From Coprothermobacterota bacterium (GTDB lineage: Bacteria > Coprothermobacterota > Coprothermobacteria > Coprothermobacterales > Coprothermobacteraceae): DNA of 64,000 nucleotides. The stretch covers positions 1 through 64,000 of the forward strand of contig JAZIGN010000004.1 of assembly GCA_036679065.1 (NCBI GenBank). Reading direction: 5' to 3'. The position numbers and the translations under genes are program-made. Positions 22,248-32,580 of this stretch are shown here, piece by piece (positions within the stretch are counted from its first letter, which is position 1; the number at the start of each line of letters is the position of its first letter). The notes below the pieces were generated by a model. It had not been told where the DNA came from, searched no databases, and was given only the letters and a program-made list of their open reading frames with translations.

Positions 22248-22485
22248 CAGGCACTTACCAAACAAGGTTCAACCGGCTGATAAACAGTTCAAGAAGCTTT
22301 CACGTGCCCCAAAAAAGCGGTGTTCCAAAATGAAAAGGTGAACGTGGCCTATATGGTAGGCGCTGACTGAAGATCCTTTGCAAGGCGCATATTACTGCTA
22401 TGTGTGCTACCTGCTCCCTTAGTTAAATGCAGGGGATCTTGTAAAGCTGACAAGCATGGGGCAAACTCATAGTATTATTAAGTTT

Positions 22486-23289
22486 ATGAAGAACACAGAC
22501 GAAATTCTCATGAATACTGTTATTTCCACAGCTTTGAAAGCTGGGGACATTTTAAGGACGGGTTTTAGGCAGCGCTTTGAAGTAGAGCAGAAGTCGGCTC
22601 ATGATCTTATCACTGAGTACGACACAACGGTTCAGCAGTTCATTGTGGAACAGCTAAGCAAGGCGTTCCCCGGTGCAGGTTTTGTGGCTGAAGAAGAGCA
22701 TTTTTCTACCAAAGGAGACCCATTGCTGGTTATCGACCCCTTAGACGGCACGAACAATTTTGCCATGGGCATACCCCAGTTTTGTGTAAGCATAGGCGTT
22801 TTCACAGGAGAGAGGCAGCCTAAGGCTGGTGTGGTGTACAACCCCGTTTTGGAGGAACTGTATCATGCTCAAGTAGGTAAAGGCGCTTATCTAAATGGTG
22901 AGCCCATACATGTAACTCAAGAGCCGCTCAAAGACACATTGGTTGCCACGGCTCTGCCTTTTAAGTTTCGCGATAAGGTGGACTGGATTACCCAGCTGCT
23001 TTTGCACGTCTACCCTGAGGTAATGGACATAAGAAGGTTGGGCTCCGCGGCGTTGGATATTTGCTACACAGCCGCCGGCATCTTCGGTTTGTATTTCGAA
23101 TACGGGATAAACGCTTGGGATACAGCAGCTGGCGTCTGCCTGCTTAGGGAGGCAGGCGGCGTGGCATTGGATTTTTCTGGCCAGCCTTACGACCCTTTTA
23201 CTTCCAAGAGCATTGTGGTTGGACCATCTGCGCACGTGGAACGGGTACTGCATTTGTGGCGTGAGAGCGGTGTTCAGCTTGAAGGGTGA
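22486..23289 (+). CDS. suhB: Inositol monophosphatase family protein (start could be 22456)
   Basis: AEE, IDPLDGTNNF, RRLGSAALD, WDTAAG. Confidence 0.9.
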   Translation: MKNTDEILMNTVISTALKAGDILRTGFRQRFEVEQKSAHDLITEYDTTVQQFIVEQLSKAFPGAGFVAEEEHFSTKGDPLLVIDPLDGTNNFAMGIPQFCVSIGVFTGERQPKAGVVYNPVLEELYHAQVGKGAYLNGEPIHVTQEPLKDTLVATALPFKFRDKVDWITQLLLHVYPEVMDIRRLGSAALDICYTAAGIFGLYFEYGINAWDTAAGVCLLREAGGVALDFSGQPYDPFTSKSIVVGPSAHVERVLHLWRESGVQLEG

Positions 23290-23313
23290 ATATGGGGTGT
23301 GATTGTTTAGAGT

Positions 23314-24288
23314 ATGAGCGCTAGTCACGGTGGAACAAGCCATAACAAAAGCAGTAATGCTCTGAAGACCATTGAAGAAATAAGAAAAGGAAACATAAGA
23401 GACCTTTACGTGCTAACAGGTGAGAACGATTTTCTGAAGGAAAGGGTTGTTTTCTGGCTACGCGAACAAACTAAGGCTGAAGTTGTGCGTGTGGACGCAG
23501 AAAACATGGACGTTCTGCGTTCTTTGACCAGCTATTCTCTGTTTTCTCCCATGCGCGTCATTGTGGTGGAACTTCCAGCAAAGAAAGTCATTCGCGATGC
23601 CATGATAAGTGCTGTTTCATCTGGGAACTTAAGTGGCGTTGTGGTGGTCATGGGGGATGCAAAGATTCCTGGTGCCGAAGTAGTGGAGTGCAAACCCTTG
23701 GCAAAGAAGCAAGCTGTTTCTTGGATTGTGGCGGAGTTCAGGTTACATGGTGTTAGGTGTGATCTTGAGGTGGCTGAACAGCTTTTGGATCTGTGTGACG
23801 GCGACCTTTGGTCTGCTTACACCGAGATTGAAAAGCTGTCTTTGGTGACAAAGAAAGTGACCATGGAGCACTTGCAAACCTTTGTGGTAGGCAGCATGGT
23901 TAAGGGTAACTATTTTGCTCTCATGGATGCTTTGCAAGCGGCTGATGAAAAAAGAGCCCAACTTGAAATGGGCAGTTTGCTTGAGCAGGGGGAAGCATTC
24001 CAGCAAATTTTCGTTTTTCTTTACCGCATTTTCAGCTTGGCGTGGAAAAGCAAGGAGTTCAACATGGATAACAAAGCTGCTTTGGCTCAAGCGGCTGGTA
24101 GGAGCCCGTTTTTTGTGATGCGGTGCATGGAGGTTGGAAAGTGGTACAGCTTGGAAGCACTTAGAAACATAATCAGTGCTTTTTTGCACCTGGATTTGAT
24201 GATAAAAACAGGAGAAATCGACGAGCAAGGCGCTGCTGGGAAACTGATGCAAATCATGTTCCCCAAGAAGAGGGAGGCGATTAGGTAA
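23314..24288 (+). CDS. holA: DNA polymerase III delta subunit
   Basis: YVLTGENDFL, SLFS, EIEKL, DLMIKTG pattern. Confidence 0.82.
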   Translation: MSASHGGTSHNKSSNALKTIEEIRKGNIRDLYVLTGENDFLKERVVFWLREQTKAEVVRVDAENMDVLRSLTSYSLFSPMRVIVVELPAKKVIRDAMISAVSSGNLSGVVVVMGDAKIPGAEVVECKPLAKKQAVSWIVAEFRLHGVRCDLEVAEQLLDLCDGDLWSAYTEIEKLSLVTKKVTMEHLQTFVVGSMVKGNYFALMDALQAADEKRAQLEMGSLLEQGEAFQQIFVFLYRIFSLAWKSKEFNMDNKAALAQAAGRSPFFVMRCMEVGKWYSLEALRNIISAFLHLDLMIKTGEIDEQGAAGKLMQIMFPKKREAIR

Positions 24289-24292
24289 TAGC

Positions 24293-25174
24293 ATGTTAAG
24301 AAGAATTGGTGTAACGACGCTGATTTATTGGTGTCCTTTGTATTTGGATTATTCAGCACAACTACCAATTGCGACCACGGGTGTGGCTGATCAATTTGGT
24401 TCTGCGGTGCATGAGCTCATTTACAGGATGCTATCGGGCGACCACAAGGGCCTATTTGATACGGAGGAAGATTTAGCTTGGTCTGTGCTGCTGGAATCAT
24501 TTCCGGGAGCAGTGGAGTCCTCTTTTACTGAGCAAGTGGTCAAGGAAATGCTGAACATGGCAAGAGCTGCTAAGCGTTTCGCCGAGAACTACAACCCGAG
24601 TCAGTTCGAAGTGAAGTTTGAATACGGCTTCGGCAGTGACGACATGCTTGTCATAGGCATAGCTGATGCTCTGGGTGAAAATTTGGTATTGGATTGGAAA
24701 ACAGGCAGTTTCATGGCAGAAAGCCACCGCCAGCAGGTTAAGATATACGCTACCATGCTTTGGCGCTTAGGACTTCTTCAGCTTCCAGCCACCCTGGGAG
24801 TGGTTTACTTGGGCAAAGCTGGTGTGGAAGGCTCACAGGCTGAGTCAAATGTGTTTCAATTTAGCGAGGCAGAAGCAGTGGTGGTGGAGGATTTTGTCCA
24901 GCAGTTCCTACAGCAGTACAGCTTAGGAAACAGGCGTCCACGGATTTCAGATCACTGCTCATTTTGCCCCTACGGCAGATGGTGCCAGAAGACCGTAAAA
25001 GACGTTCAGACCAATCAGGCACTACATGAGCTGTGGCGTCTTCAAGAGCGAGCAGGCTTGATTCAGAAACAGCTTGCTCCGGGATTCACAGAAGGCGTAC
25101 ACCTGACTGAGGACTTTGTGGTGGAAAAGAAAGGCAGTTTCTATTTGAAAGTGAGGCGAAAGAATGGGACTTGA
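24293..25174 (+). CDS. PD-(D/E)XK nuclease, Cas4/AddB/RecB-like, with 4-Cys Fe-S motif
   Basis: N-terminal CP, G..VH, GIAD, DWKTG, QVKIY, C-terminal CSFCPYGRWC. Confidence 0.82.
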   Translation: MLRRIGVTTLIYWCPLYLDYSAQLPIATTGVADQFGSAVHELIYRMLSGDHKGLFDTEEDLAWSVLLESFPGAVESSFTEQVVKEMLNMARAAKRFAENYNPSQFEVKFEYGFGSDDMLVIGIADALGENLVLDWKTGSFMAESHRQQVKIYATMLWRLGLLQLPATLGVVYLGKAGVEGSQAESNVFQFSEAEAVVVEDFVQQFLQQYSLGNRRPRISDHCSFCPYGRWCQKTVKDVQTNQALHELWRLQERAGLIQKQLAPGFTEGVHLTEDFVVEKKGSFYLKVRRKNGT

Positions 25175-25694
25175 ACAGGGGCTTACCCACGTTTACACGG
25201 GTAATGGTAAAGGAAAAACCAGTGCGGCTTTGGGCTTGGCTTTAAGGGCTGCAGGCCATGGTTTAAGGGTTCTCTTGGTCCACTTCATGAAAGGCCCTTC
25301 CTTTAGCTATGGTGAAGATGTCTCCTTGTCAAAGGTTGCTGGAGTTACGCAGGTTCGTTTTGGCACTGATCACTTTGTGGATCCCAAAAACCCGGATGTG
25401 ACTGACAAAGAAGCTGCACAGGTGGCACTTGCCTTTCTTAAATTCCAACTGAGTTCGGGATTCTATGATGTTGTCATTGCTGATGAACTCAATGTGGCAG
25501 TGGCGTTTGGGCTGGTGAGCGAAGATGAAGTGGTAGAACTCATAAAGAGTAAGCCACCCAAGGTGGAACTGGTTATAACGGGCAGGTATGCCACGGAGAA
25601 TATTAAATCCATGGCTGACTACGTCACCGTTTTTGAAGAGGTAAAACATCCATTTCAGCAGGGCATAAATGCCAGAGAGGGCATTGACTACTAA
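25164..25694 (+). CDS. cobO: Cob(I)alamin adenosyltransferase (CobO/BtuR type)
   Basis: YTGNGKGKTSAA, FMKG, DE, ITGR, KHPF...GIDY. Confidence 0.93.
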   Translation: MGLEQGLTHVYTGNGKGKTSAALGLALRAAGHGLRVLLVHFMKGPSFSYGEDVSLSKVAGVTQVRFGTDHFVDPKNPDVTDKEAAQVALAFLKFQLSSGFYDVVIADELNVAVAFGLVSEDEVVELIKSKPPKVELVITGRYATENIKSMADYVTVFEEVKHPFQQGINAREGIDY

Positions 25695-25952
25695 AAAGTG
25701 TTTTTTTTGACTGGCTGCTCTTTTTGTGTTGTCGTATGTGGAGTGCCAATTGTGTAAATGCTCGCATCGTTTTTCCTTCTCTTTTTTTGGCGCTTTCTTT
25801 TTGTGTGGGTTTGTGTAGCTGTAGCATTTAAGCCTGTTTAGTTTGCATACTTTTTCGTCTTTCTTTTTTTGTTGTTGTGTGTATGTGTTGGTGCAAGTGT
25901 GTACTGGTTTTCTTTTTTGTTTTAAAATGGTGTTAAAAGGAGGTAATGTGAT

Positions 25953-27614
25953 ATGGAAATCAGAGCACCCAGGGGCAACAAGTTAACCTGCAAGAGTTGG
26001 CAGACTGAAGCCGCCATGCGTATGCTCATGAACAACTTGGATCCTGAGGTGGCAAAGGATCCTGCCAACTTAATTGTTTACGGAGGTACTGGTAAAGCCG
26101 CTCGTAACTGGGACTGCTTCTACAAGATCGTGGAAACCCTTAAGACCTTGGAAGAGGATGAAACACTTTTGGTGCAAAGCGGAAAACCTGTAGCCGTGTT
26201 TAAGACCCATGAGTGGGCTCCGCGTGTACTCATTGCCAACTCCCTGTTGGTGCCTAAGTGGGCTGACTGGGATTATTTCAGGGAATTAGAAGAGCGTGGA
26301 CTCATCATGTATGGTCAAATGACTGCGGGCTCTTGGATTTACATAGGAACTCAAGGCATTCTCCAAGGCACTTACGAAACCTTCTACTCAGCTGCCCAGC
26401 ATTATTTCGGCGGTAGCTTAAAGGGTAAGCTGGTGCTCACAGCGGGATTAGGTGAAATGGGTGGCGCTCAACCACTAGCTGCTACCATGGCTGGTGGAAT
26501 CATGCTGGCTGTGGAAGTTAACCCGTGGGCCATTGACCGCCGTATTAAACATGGTTACCTGGATAAGAAAGCTGAGTCGCTGGATGAAGCATTAAGAATG
26601 GTTGAGGAAGCCAAAGAAAAAGGAGAAGCAGTGTCCATTGGACTGCTGGGCAACGCTGCTGACGTGTTTCCCGAATTGGTGAAAAGGAGCATTATCCCAG
26701 ACATTGTTACTGACCAAACAGCTGCTCACGACCCCTTAAACGGTTACATACCTTCTGGCTACACCGTGGAAGAAGCTGCAGAGCTTAGAAAATCCAACCC
26801 CGAGGAATATTTGAAACGTGTAGGCGAATCTGTGGTTAAGCACGTGGAAGCCATGGTAGAAATGAAGCGAAGGGGAGCCGTGGCTTTTGAATACGGAAAC
26901 AATATTAGAAAATTGGCTGAGCTAAACGGTTACAAAGATGCTTTTGAAATTCCTGGTTATGTGCCACTTCTAGTTAGACCGCTGTTCTGTGAAGGAAAAG
27001 GGCCATTCCGTTGGGTAGCACTTTCAGGGGACCCAGCTGACATTTACGAAACAGATAAGCTTTTGCTTGAACTGTTCCCAGAAGATGAGCATTTGCGAAC
27101 GTGGATTGATATGGCACAGAAGAGGGTTAAGTGGCAGGGTCTACCAGCTCGCATATGCTGGCTTGGTTATGGTGAGCGCGACAAAGCAGGTGTCATGTTT
27201 AACTACTTGGTGAAGACAGGCAAGGTGAAAGCGCCCATCGTCATGGGCAGGGATCACCTTGACACGGGCTCTGTGGCAAGTCCATACCGTGAAACGGAAG
27301 CCATGCTGGATGGCTCAGATGCCATAGCTGATTGGCCCATACTTAATGCCATGCTCAACACTTCGTCTGGTGCTACGTGGGTGTCTGTACACCATGGCGG
27401 TGGAGTGGGCATTGGTTACTCCATTCACGCTGGACAAGTTACGGTGGCTGACGGAACCGATTTGGCTGAGAAGAAGATAAGAAGAGTACTAACTAACGAC
27501 CCCGGGATTGGCGTGGTTCGTCATGCTGATGCCGGCTATGACATAGCAAAGCGTGTGGCCAAAGAAAAAGGCATAAGAATGCCCATGGAAAACTTCGAGG
27601 AGCGTGAACAGTAG
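25953..27614 (+). CDS. hutU: Urocanate hydratase
   Basis: [42 protein letters not shown]. Confidence 0.97.
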   Translation: MEIRAPRGNKLTCKSWQTEAAMRMLMNNLDPEVAKDPANLIVYGGTGKAARNWDCFYKIVETLKTLEEDETLLVQSGKPVAVFKTHEWAPRVLIANSLLVPKWADWDYFRELEERGLIMYGQMTAGSWIYIGTQGILQGTYETFYSAAQHYFGGSLKGKLVLTAGLGEMGGAQPLAATMAGGIMLAVEVNPWAIDRRIKHGYLDKKAESLDEALRMVEEAKEKGEAVSIGLLGNAADVFPELVKRSIIPDIVTDQTAAHDPLNGYIPSGYTVEEAAELRKSNPEEYLKRVGESVVKHVEAMVEMKRRGAVAFEYGNNIRKLAELNGYKDAFEIPGYVPLLVRPLFCEGKGPFRWVALSGDPADIYETDKLLLELFPEDEHLRTWIDMAQKRVKWQGLPARICWLGYGERDKAGVMFNYLVKTGKVKAPIVMGRDHLDTGSVASPYRETEAMLDGSDAIADWPILNAMLNTSSGATWVSVHHGGGVGIGYSIHAGQVTVADGTDLAEKKIRRVLTNDPGIGVVRHADAGYDIAKRVAKEKGIRMPMENFEEREQ

Positions 27615-28543
27615 TGAAATTGATTGAGTGTGTTCCGAACTTCTCCGAAGGCAGACGTCAGGAAGTCATGGATGCCATTGTAAACAGCATGAAGGAATCA
27701 GCAAACGTGATCATCTTGGACGTGGAAGCTGATCCTTCTCACAACCGCATGGTGGTTACCATGGTGGGTGAACCACAGCAAGTACTCAGTGCCATGAAAA
27801 ATGGTGCTCGCAAGGCCGTAGAACTTATTGACTTGAACCAGCACCAAGGTGAACATCCGCGCATTGGAGCTGTGGATGTGGTTCCATTTGTTCCGCTTTT
27901 CAATGCCACCATGCAGGAATGCAATGAGCTTGCGTTGGAGTTCGGGCAGTGGATGTGGGACGAACTAAAAGTGCCTGTGTACTTGTATGCTGAAAGCGCC
28001 AGAATGCCTGAAAGGAAGAGGCTTCCCAACATAAGAAAAGGTGAATTCGAGGGCTTAAGGGAAGCCATTAAAGAGCCAGAGAGGCACCCAGACATTGGAG
28101 AGCCTGTGATTCACCCCACAGCGGGCGCCACTGCGGTAGGAGCACGAAATTTCCTAATCGCATTTAACTTGTATTTGAACACAGCTGATAAAGGCGTTGC
28201 TGACAAAATAGCCAAGGCGGTACGGGAGTCCAGCGGTGGTTTGGTAAACATACAGGCAAAAGGCATGTTCATTGAAGAGAAGGGCTTAGCACAAGTCTCC
28301 ATGAACCTTCTGGATTACACAAAAACACCTTTGTACCGCATAACTGAATTGGTAAAGCTGGAAGCCAGACGCTTCGGGGTGGAGGTCGTGGAGGGCGAGC
28401 TCATAGGTCTCATGCCACTTGGTGCTGCTTTAAATAGCTTAAGTTATTACCTGCAAATACCCAAGCTGGACGCAAACCAGATTCTGGATGTGGCGGTGCT
28501 TTCAAGATTAGCAGAGAGTCAAGATGATGAACAACAACAATAA
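27614..28543 (+). CDS. ftcD: Glutamate formiminotransferase (no cyclodeaminase domain)
   Basis: ECVPNFSEGR, HNR, GEHPRIGAVDVVPF, GAR.FLIAFN, QVSMNL. Confidence 0.93.
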   Translation: MKLIECVPNFSEGRRQEVMDAIVNSMKESANVIILDVEADPSHNRMVVTMVGEPQQVLSAMKNGARKAVELIDLNQHQGEHPRIGAVDVVPFVPLFNATMQECNELALEFGQWMWDELKVPVYLYAESARMPERKRLPNIRKGEFEGLREAIKEPERHPDIGEPVIHPTAGATAVGARNFLIAFNLYLNTADKGVADKIAKAVRESSGGLVNIQAKGMFIEEKGLAQVSMNLLDYTKTPLYRITELVKLEARRFGVEVVEGELIGLMPLGAALNSLSYYLQIPKLDANQILDVAVLSRLAESQDDEQQQ

Positions 28544-29798
28544 TAAGACTTATAAAGGCATTGGTTCTAAAAAGACTGTTATCCTTGGTGCCCATGTGGT
28601 GTCCCCCAGCGCCATGGAACTACTACCAATGGAGGATATGCCACTCCTGGATAAACGCGACCAAGTCATTGTTATTGAAGAAGGTGTTATTAAGGACATT
28701 GTTCCTTCTTCTGAGGCTCCTTTTGGTGAGGAGTGGGAAGTATACGATGTTAGGGGTGCTGTGGTCATACCAGCACTTACAGAGTGCCACACTCATGCCA
28801 TTTTTGCAGGGGACAGAGCAGCCGAATTTCATGCTCGCATACAGGGAGAAACATACCACGACCAGCAAAAGAAGGGCGGCATTAATGCCACAGTGAGTGC
28901 AACCAGGGATGCCACTGATGAAGCACTTCTGAGCAGTTTGAAACGCTGGCTTGAGGTATTCCTTGGTCAGGGTGCTACCGCGGTAGAAGTAAAGAGCGGT
29001 TATGGACTGAGCCATGACCAGGAGATAAGGCTTCTACGTATCATAAACAGGGCTAAAGCTGACAAACAGCACGGTGCTAAAGTGGAAGTGATTCCTACCT
29101 ACTTGGGCGCTCACGCTGTGCCCAGGGACGCGAAAAGCCGCGAAGACTACATTGAGGAAATGATCATCAAGACTTTGCCCATGGTAAAAAATGAAAACTT
29201 GGCAGAGTTTGTAGACGTGTTTGTGGCGTCAGTAGCATACAGTGTGGAAGAGGCTGACATCATTTACAATGCGGCACACAAGTTAGGGTTTAAGCTAAAA
29301 GCCCACCTGTGGGAACTGGAACACGATAACAGCAGAGAACTCCTGGAGAAGTATCCATTCGTTTCAGTAGATCACTTGGAGTTTGCTCAAAAAGAAGATT
29401 TAGAGGTTGCCTTTGCTCGCGGTACGGTGCCTGTGCTTCTACCTCTTACAGCTTGGCACCTTGGTTACAACATACGCAGAACTTATGAAGTTATCAAGGA
29501 ACTTAAGGGGTATTTTGCCATTTCCACGGACTTTAACCCAGGAACCAGTTTTTCCCCTTCCTTGTGGCAAGCCTTCACAGTGGCTCATATTGAGTTTGGT
29601 TTACCCATTGAGGAACTGTTCTTCGCTTCTACCGTTTATGCTGCGAAAGCGCTTGGATTGAATGACATGGGAGCCATAGTTCCAGGCAATAAGGCTGACT
29701 TAGTTGTTCTTAATGTGCCCAGTTTGGATTGGTTAGGTTATCTTCACGGTATAAATCCAGTAGATATGGTCTTCAAGAATGGAAGTCCAGTCCAATAA
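28524..29798 (+). CDS. hutI: Imidazolonepropionase
   Basis: HTH..FAGDR..EF, EVKSGYGL, GAH, SVDHL, TDFNPG. Confidence 0.92.
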   Translation: MMNNNNNKTYKGIGSKKTVILGAHVVSPSAMELLPMEDMPLLDKRDQVIVIEEGVIKDIVPSSEAPFGEEWEVYDVRGAVVIPALTECHTHAIFAGDRAAEFHARIQGETYHDQQKKGGINATVSATRDATDEALLSSLKRWLEVFLGQGATAVEVKSGYGLSHDQEIRLLRIINRAKADKQHGAKVEVIPTYLGAHAVPRDAKSREDYIEEMIIKTLPMVKNENLAEFVDVFVASVAYSVEEADIIYNAAHKLGFKLKAHLWELEHDNSRELLEKYPFVSVDHLEFAQKEDLEVAFARGTVPVLLPLTAWHLGYNIRRTYEVIKELKGYFAISTDFNPGTSFSPSLWQAFTVAHIEFGLPIEELFFASTVYAAKALGLNDMGAIVPGNKADLVVLNVPSLDWLGYLHGINPVDMVFKNGSPVQ

Positions 29799-29817
29799 TC
29801 GATAGGAGGAACGGCGC

Positions 29818-31413
29818 ATGAATTTGTCGGAAGTTGTGAAACAGCTGGGCATTAAAGAGGATTACCTCATTCCCTATGGCGGTTATGCTTACAAGGTGGA
29901 TTTAGGTGCACTGGGCGAGCAAAAAGGAAAACTGGTCTTGGTTACGTCCATAAACCCTACTCCTGCTGGAGAGGGAAAAACCACTACAGCAATTGGCTTG
30001 GCAGATGCATTAGCTGCATCAGGCAAAAAAGCCATTGTCACACTGCGAGAGCCCTCTCTTGGGCCGGTATTTGGTGTCAAAGGTGGTGCTACTGGTGGGG
30101 GAAAGGCTCACGTGGTGCCTTCTGACAAGATTAACCTGCATTTCACCGGCGACATGCATGCGGTCACAGCTGCCCATAACCTCATAGCCGCCATGCTGGG
30201 TAACCACATCTATTACAAGAAGCAGCCCCTTGTTGACACCACTAAGGTGTGGTGGAAAAGGGCTTTGGACATGAACGATCGCGATCTACGTAACATTGTG
30301 GTTGGCTTGCAGGGCAACGGTGTACCACGAGAAGACGGCTTTGAAATCACAGCAGCATCTGAAATCATGGCAATTATGGCTCTGAGTGAGAACTTTGGGG
30401 GTTTTCAGCAAAGGGTACAAAGAATTGTGCTCGGAGTTACCATGGATGGCAGTCCGCTAACCGTGGCTGATCTGAAGGCAGAAGGAGCGGTTACTGCTCT
30501 CATGGTAGACGCCTTGAAACCAAATCTGGTCATGACAGCAGCTGGCACGCCTGCTTTTGTGCACGCAGGCCCCTTTGCGAACATTGCTCACGGAACCAAT
30601 AGTGTGGTTGCAACAAAGATGGCATTGACCTACGCCGATTATGTGATAACAGAAACAGGCTTTGGTTCTGACTTAGGTTTTGAGAAGTTCATGGACATCG
30701 TGGCTCGTGAGCACAGTTTGATTCCAAGTGCGGTGGTACTTGTGGTCTCCATTAGAGCCATTAAGCACCATGGTCAAGGGCAGGATTTGGACGCCATGGA
30801 TCGCGGTTTTGAAAATGTTTTGGCACACATTGAAAACATAAGGAACTTTGGTTACGATCCAGTGGTTGCCATAAACGTATTCCCTGATGATAGCGAAGAA
30901 GAACTCAAGCGCCTTCAGGAGCTTCTCGATGAAGTTCATGTGACTCATGCTGTGAGCACTGTGGCATTGGACGGTGCACAGGGCGGTATGGCGTTGGCTG
31001 AAGCAGTAGTGGAAAAGGCTCATAAGTTTACAGCTAACCCCTCGTACGCTTATGAACTGGAGGACAGTATTGAACAAAAGGTGGAAAAGATTGCAAAGAA
31101 CGTTTACGGTGCTAAGGCTGTTGAGTTTACCAGTGAAGCCAAGAAAAAGCTTAAATTGGTGGACAAGTTTGGCTTAAGCCGTCTGCCTATTTGCATTGCA
31201 AAGACCCAGTATTCACTGAGCGATGATGCAAACCTTTTGGGCAGACCGAAAGACTTTGTCATAACCATTAGAGACATAAAGATTTCTGCTGGAGCTGGCT
31301 TCATAGTGCCTTTAGCTGGCAGCGTGATGACCATGCCTGGACTTCCAAAAGTCCCGCAAGCTCAGGAAGTTAGCGTGGATGAAAAGGGAAATGTTCAGGG
31401 ATTGCTGGGATAA
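29818..31413 (+). CDS. fhs: Formate-tetrahydrofolate ligase
   Basis: TPAGEGKTT, LREPSLGP, GPFANIAHG, AKTQYS, MPGLP. Confidence 0.96.
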   Translation: MNLSEVVKQLGIKEDYLIPYGGYAYKVDLGALGEQKGKLVLVTSINPTPAGEGKTTTAIGLADALAASGKKAIVTLREPSLGPVFGVKGGATGGGKAHVVPSDKINLHFTGDMHAVTAAHNLIAAMLGNHIYYKKQPLVDTTKVWWKRALDMNDRDLRNIVVGLQGNGVPREDGFEITAASEIMAIMALSENFGGFQQRVQRIVLGVTMDGSPLTVADLKAEGAVTALMVDALKPNLVMTAAGTPAFVHAGPFANIAHGTNSVVATKMALTYADYVITETGFGSDLGFEKFMDIVAREHSLIPSAVVLVVSIRAIKHHGQGQDLDAMDRGFENVLAHIENIRNFGYDPVVAINVFPDDSEEELKRLQELLDEVHVTHAVSTVALDGAQGGMALAEAVVEKAHKFTANPSYAYELEDSIEQKVEKIAKNVYGAKAVEFTSEAKKKLKLVDKFGLSRLPICIAKTQYSLSDDANLLGRPKDFVITIRDIKISAGAGFIVPLAGSVMTMPGLPKVPQAQEVSVDEKGNVQGLLG

Positions 31414-32030
31414 GGACAAAGGCTGTTAAGCACGCACTGATGACATAGTGGTCTCTGAGGGCGGCAAACGTGCCGCCCCAATGAGACCAAGAGGTGATTT
31501 ACGTAAACCCATTCGTGGATGGGCAAAAGTGTTTTAAGTTTTGCCTGAGTCTGAAGGTGGTCATCTTTTTCCTCTGTCCACCCAAGCCTTTTTGATATGC
31601 GTTGGACATGGGTATCAACGGCAATATCGGGAATTCCCCAACCGAATGCACGTACTATGGCTGCACATTTTGGTCCAATGCCAGGAACCTGTGTTAACTC
31701 CTTTGTGGTTTTTGGAACACCCCACTTTTCAATGTAACAAGCTGCATCTCTGACGTATTTGGCTTTTTGCCGGTAGAACCCAACGGGTTTTAGTATGTTT
31801 TCAAGATCAGTCAAATGCGCCTGACATAGGCTTAGTGTTGTGGGGTAAAAGGAAAAGAGTCTGTCAGCTGTGGGGTAGGTTATTTCATCTTTGGTGCGAG
31901 CTGATAGTATGCAACTAAGAAGTACTCTTGTGGGATCGTTTTTGGCATAGGGATCAAAAGTATACGTTTGTGCGAGCAAATGAACTACTTCTTGTGGCGG
32001 AGCAAATCTTTTATGTATATGCATATTCAT
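31395..32030 (-). CDS. nth: Endonuclease III
   Basis: HhH PGIGPK, VDTHV.R, C-X6-C-X2-C-X5-C Fe-S motif. Confidence 0.92.
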   Translation of the reverse strand: MNMHIHKRFAPPQEVVHLLAQTYTFDPYAKNDPTRVLLSCILSARTKDEITYPTADRLFSFYPTTLSLCQAHLTDLENILKPVGFYRQKAKYVRDAACYIEKWGVPKTTKELTQVPGIGPKCAAIVRAFGWGIPDIAVDTHVQRISKRLGWTEEKDDHLQTQAKLKTLLPIHEWVYVNHLLVSLGRHVCRPQRPLCHQCVLNSLCPYPSNP

Positions 32031-32088
32031 TTTTCTATCCCTAACAGGATTATAATAGCACTAACGAGTGACGGGAGGTGATATTCAT

Positions 32089-32580
32089 TTGAACAACAAC
32101 AATGGAACACGTGAGATCACATTGACTGCATTGTCAGCTGCTTTTGTCACTGTGGCAACCATGCTCATAAGGATTCCTCATCCACTCACCAAGGGGTACA
32201 TAAACATTGGTGATGCTGCAGTAATAGCCGTGGCTATGGTGCTTGGGAAACGCTTAGGTTGGCTTGCAGGTGGTTTGGGCAGCGCTTTAGCTGACCTGCT
32301 GGGGGGTTATGCCCACTGGGCACCGTGGACTCTCCTAATCAAGAGTGCGGAAGGTTACATTGTGTCAACCAGCGACGTGAAAGCAAAGTTTGACTGGCGC
32401 TGGGTTGTGGGCCCCGCTGTAATGGTTTTGGGCTATTTTGTGGTGGAGATTTTCATGTACGGGACGGCAGCAGCTTTAGCAGAGATTCCTGGTAACGCAT
32501 TTCAAGGGTTAGTAGGTGCCATTGTGGGACCATTACTTGGAAAGGCTTTTGTGGGAGCATTAGGAGGTGCAAATAGATGA
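32089..32580 (+). CDS. ECF transporter S-component (HmpT/PdxU2-like); TTG start preferred
   Basis: GYINIGD, GSALADLLGGY..WAP.T..IK; GGGAGGTG RBS; TATAAT upstream. Confidence 0.82.
   Translation: MNNNNGTREITLTALSAAFVTVATMLIRIPHPLTKGYINIGDAAVIAVAMVLGKRLGWLAGGLGSALADLLGGYAHWAPWTLLIKSAEGYIVSTSDVKAKFDWRWVVGPAVMVLGYFVVEIFMYGTAAALAEIPGNAFQGLVGAIVGPLLGKAFVGALGGANR

Noticed and set aside
23300..25950. CRISPR-Cas locus around the Cas4-like gene
   Set aside because: No cas1/cas2 and no repeat-spacer array seen anywhere in the window
28524..28546. (AAC/AAT)n run at the hutI start as a phase-variation site
   Set aside because: Short triplet repeat in a gene overlap; slippage would not shift the frame
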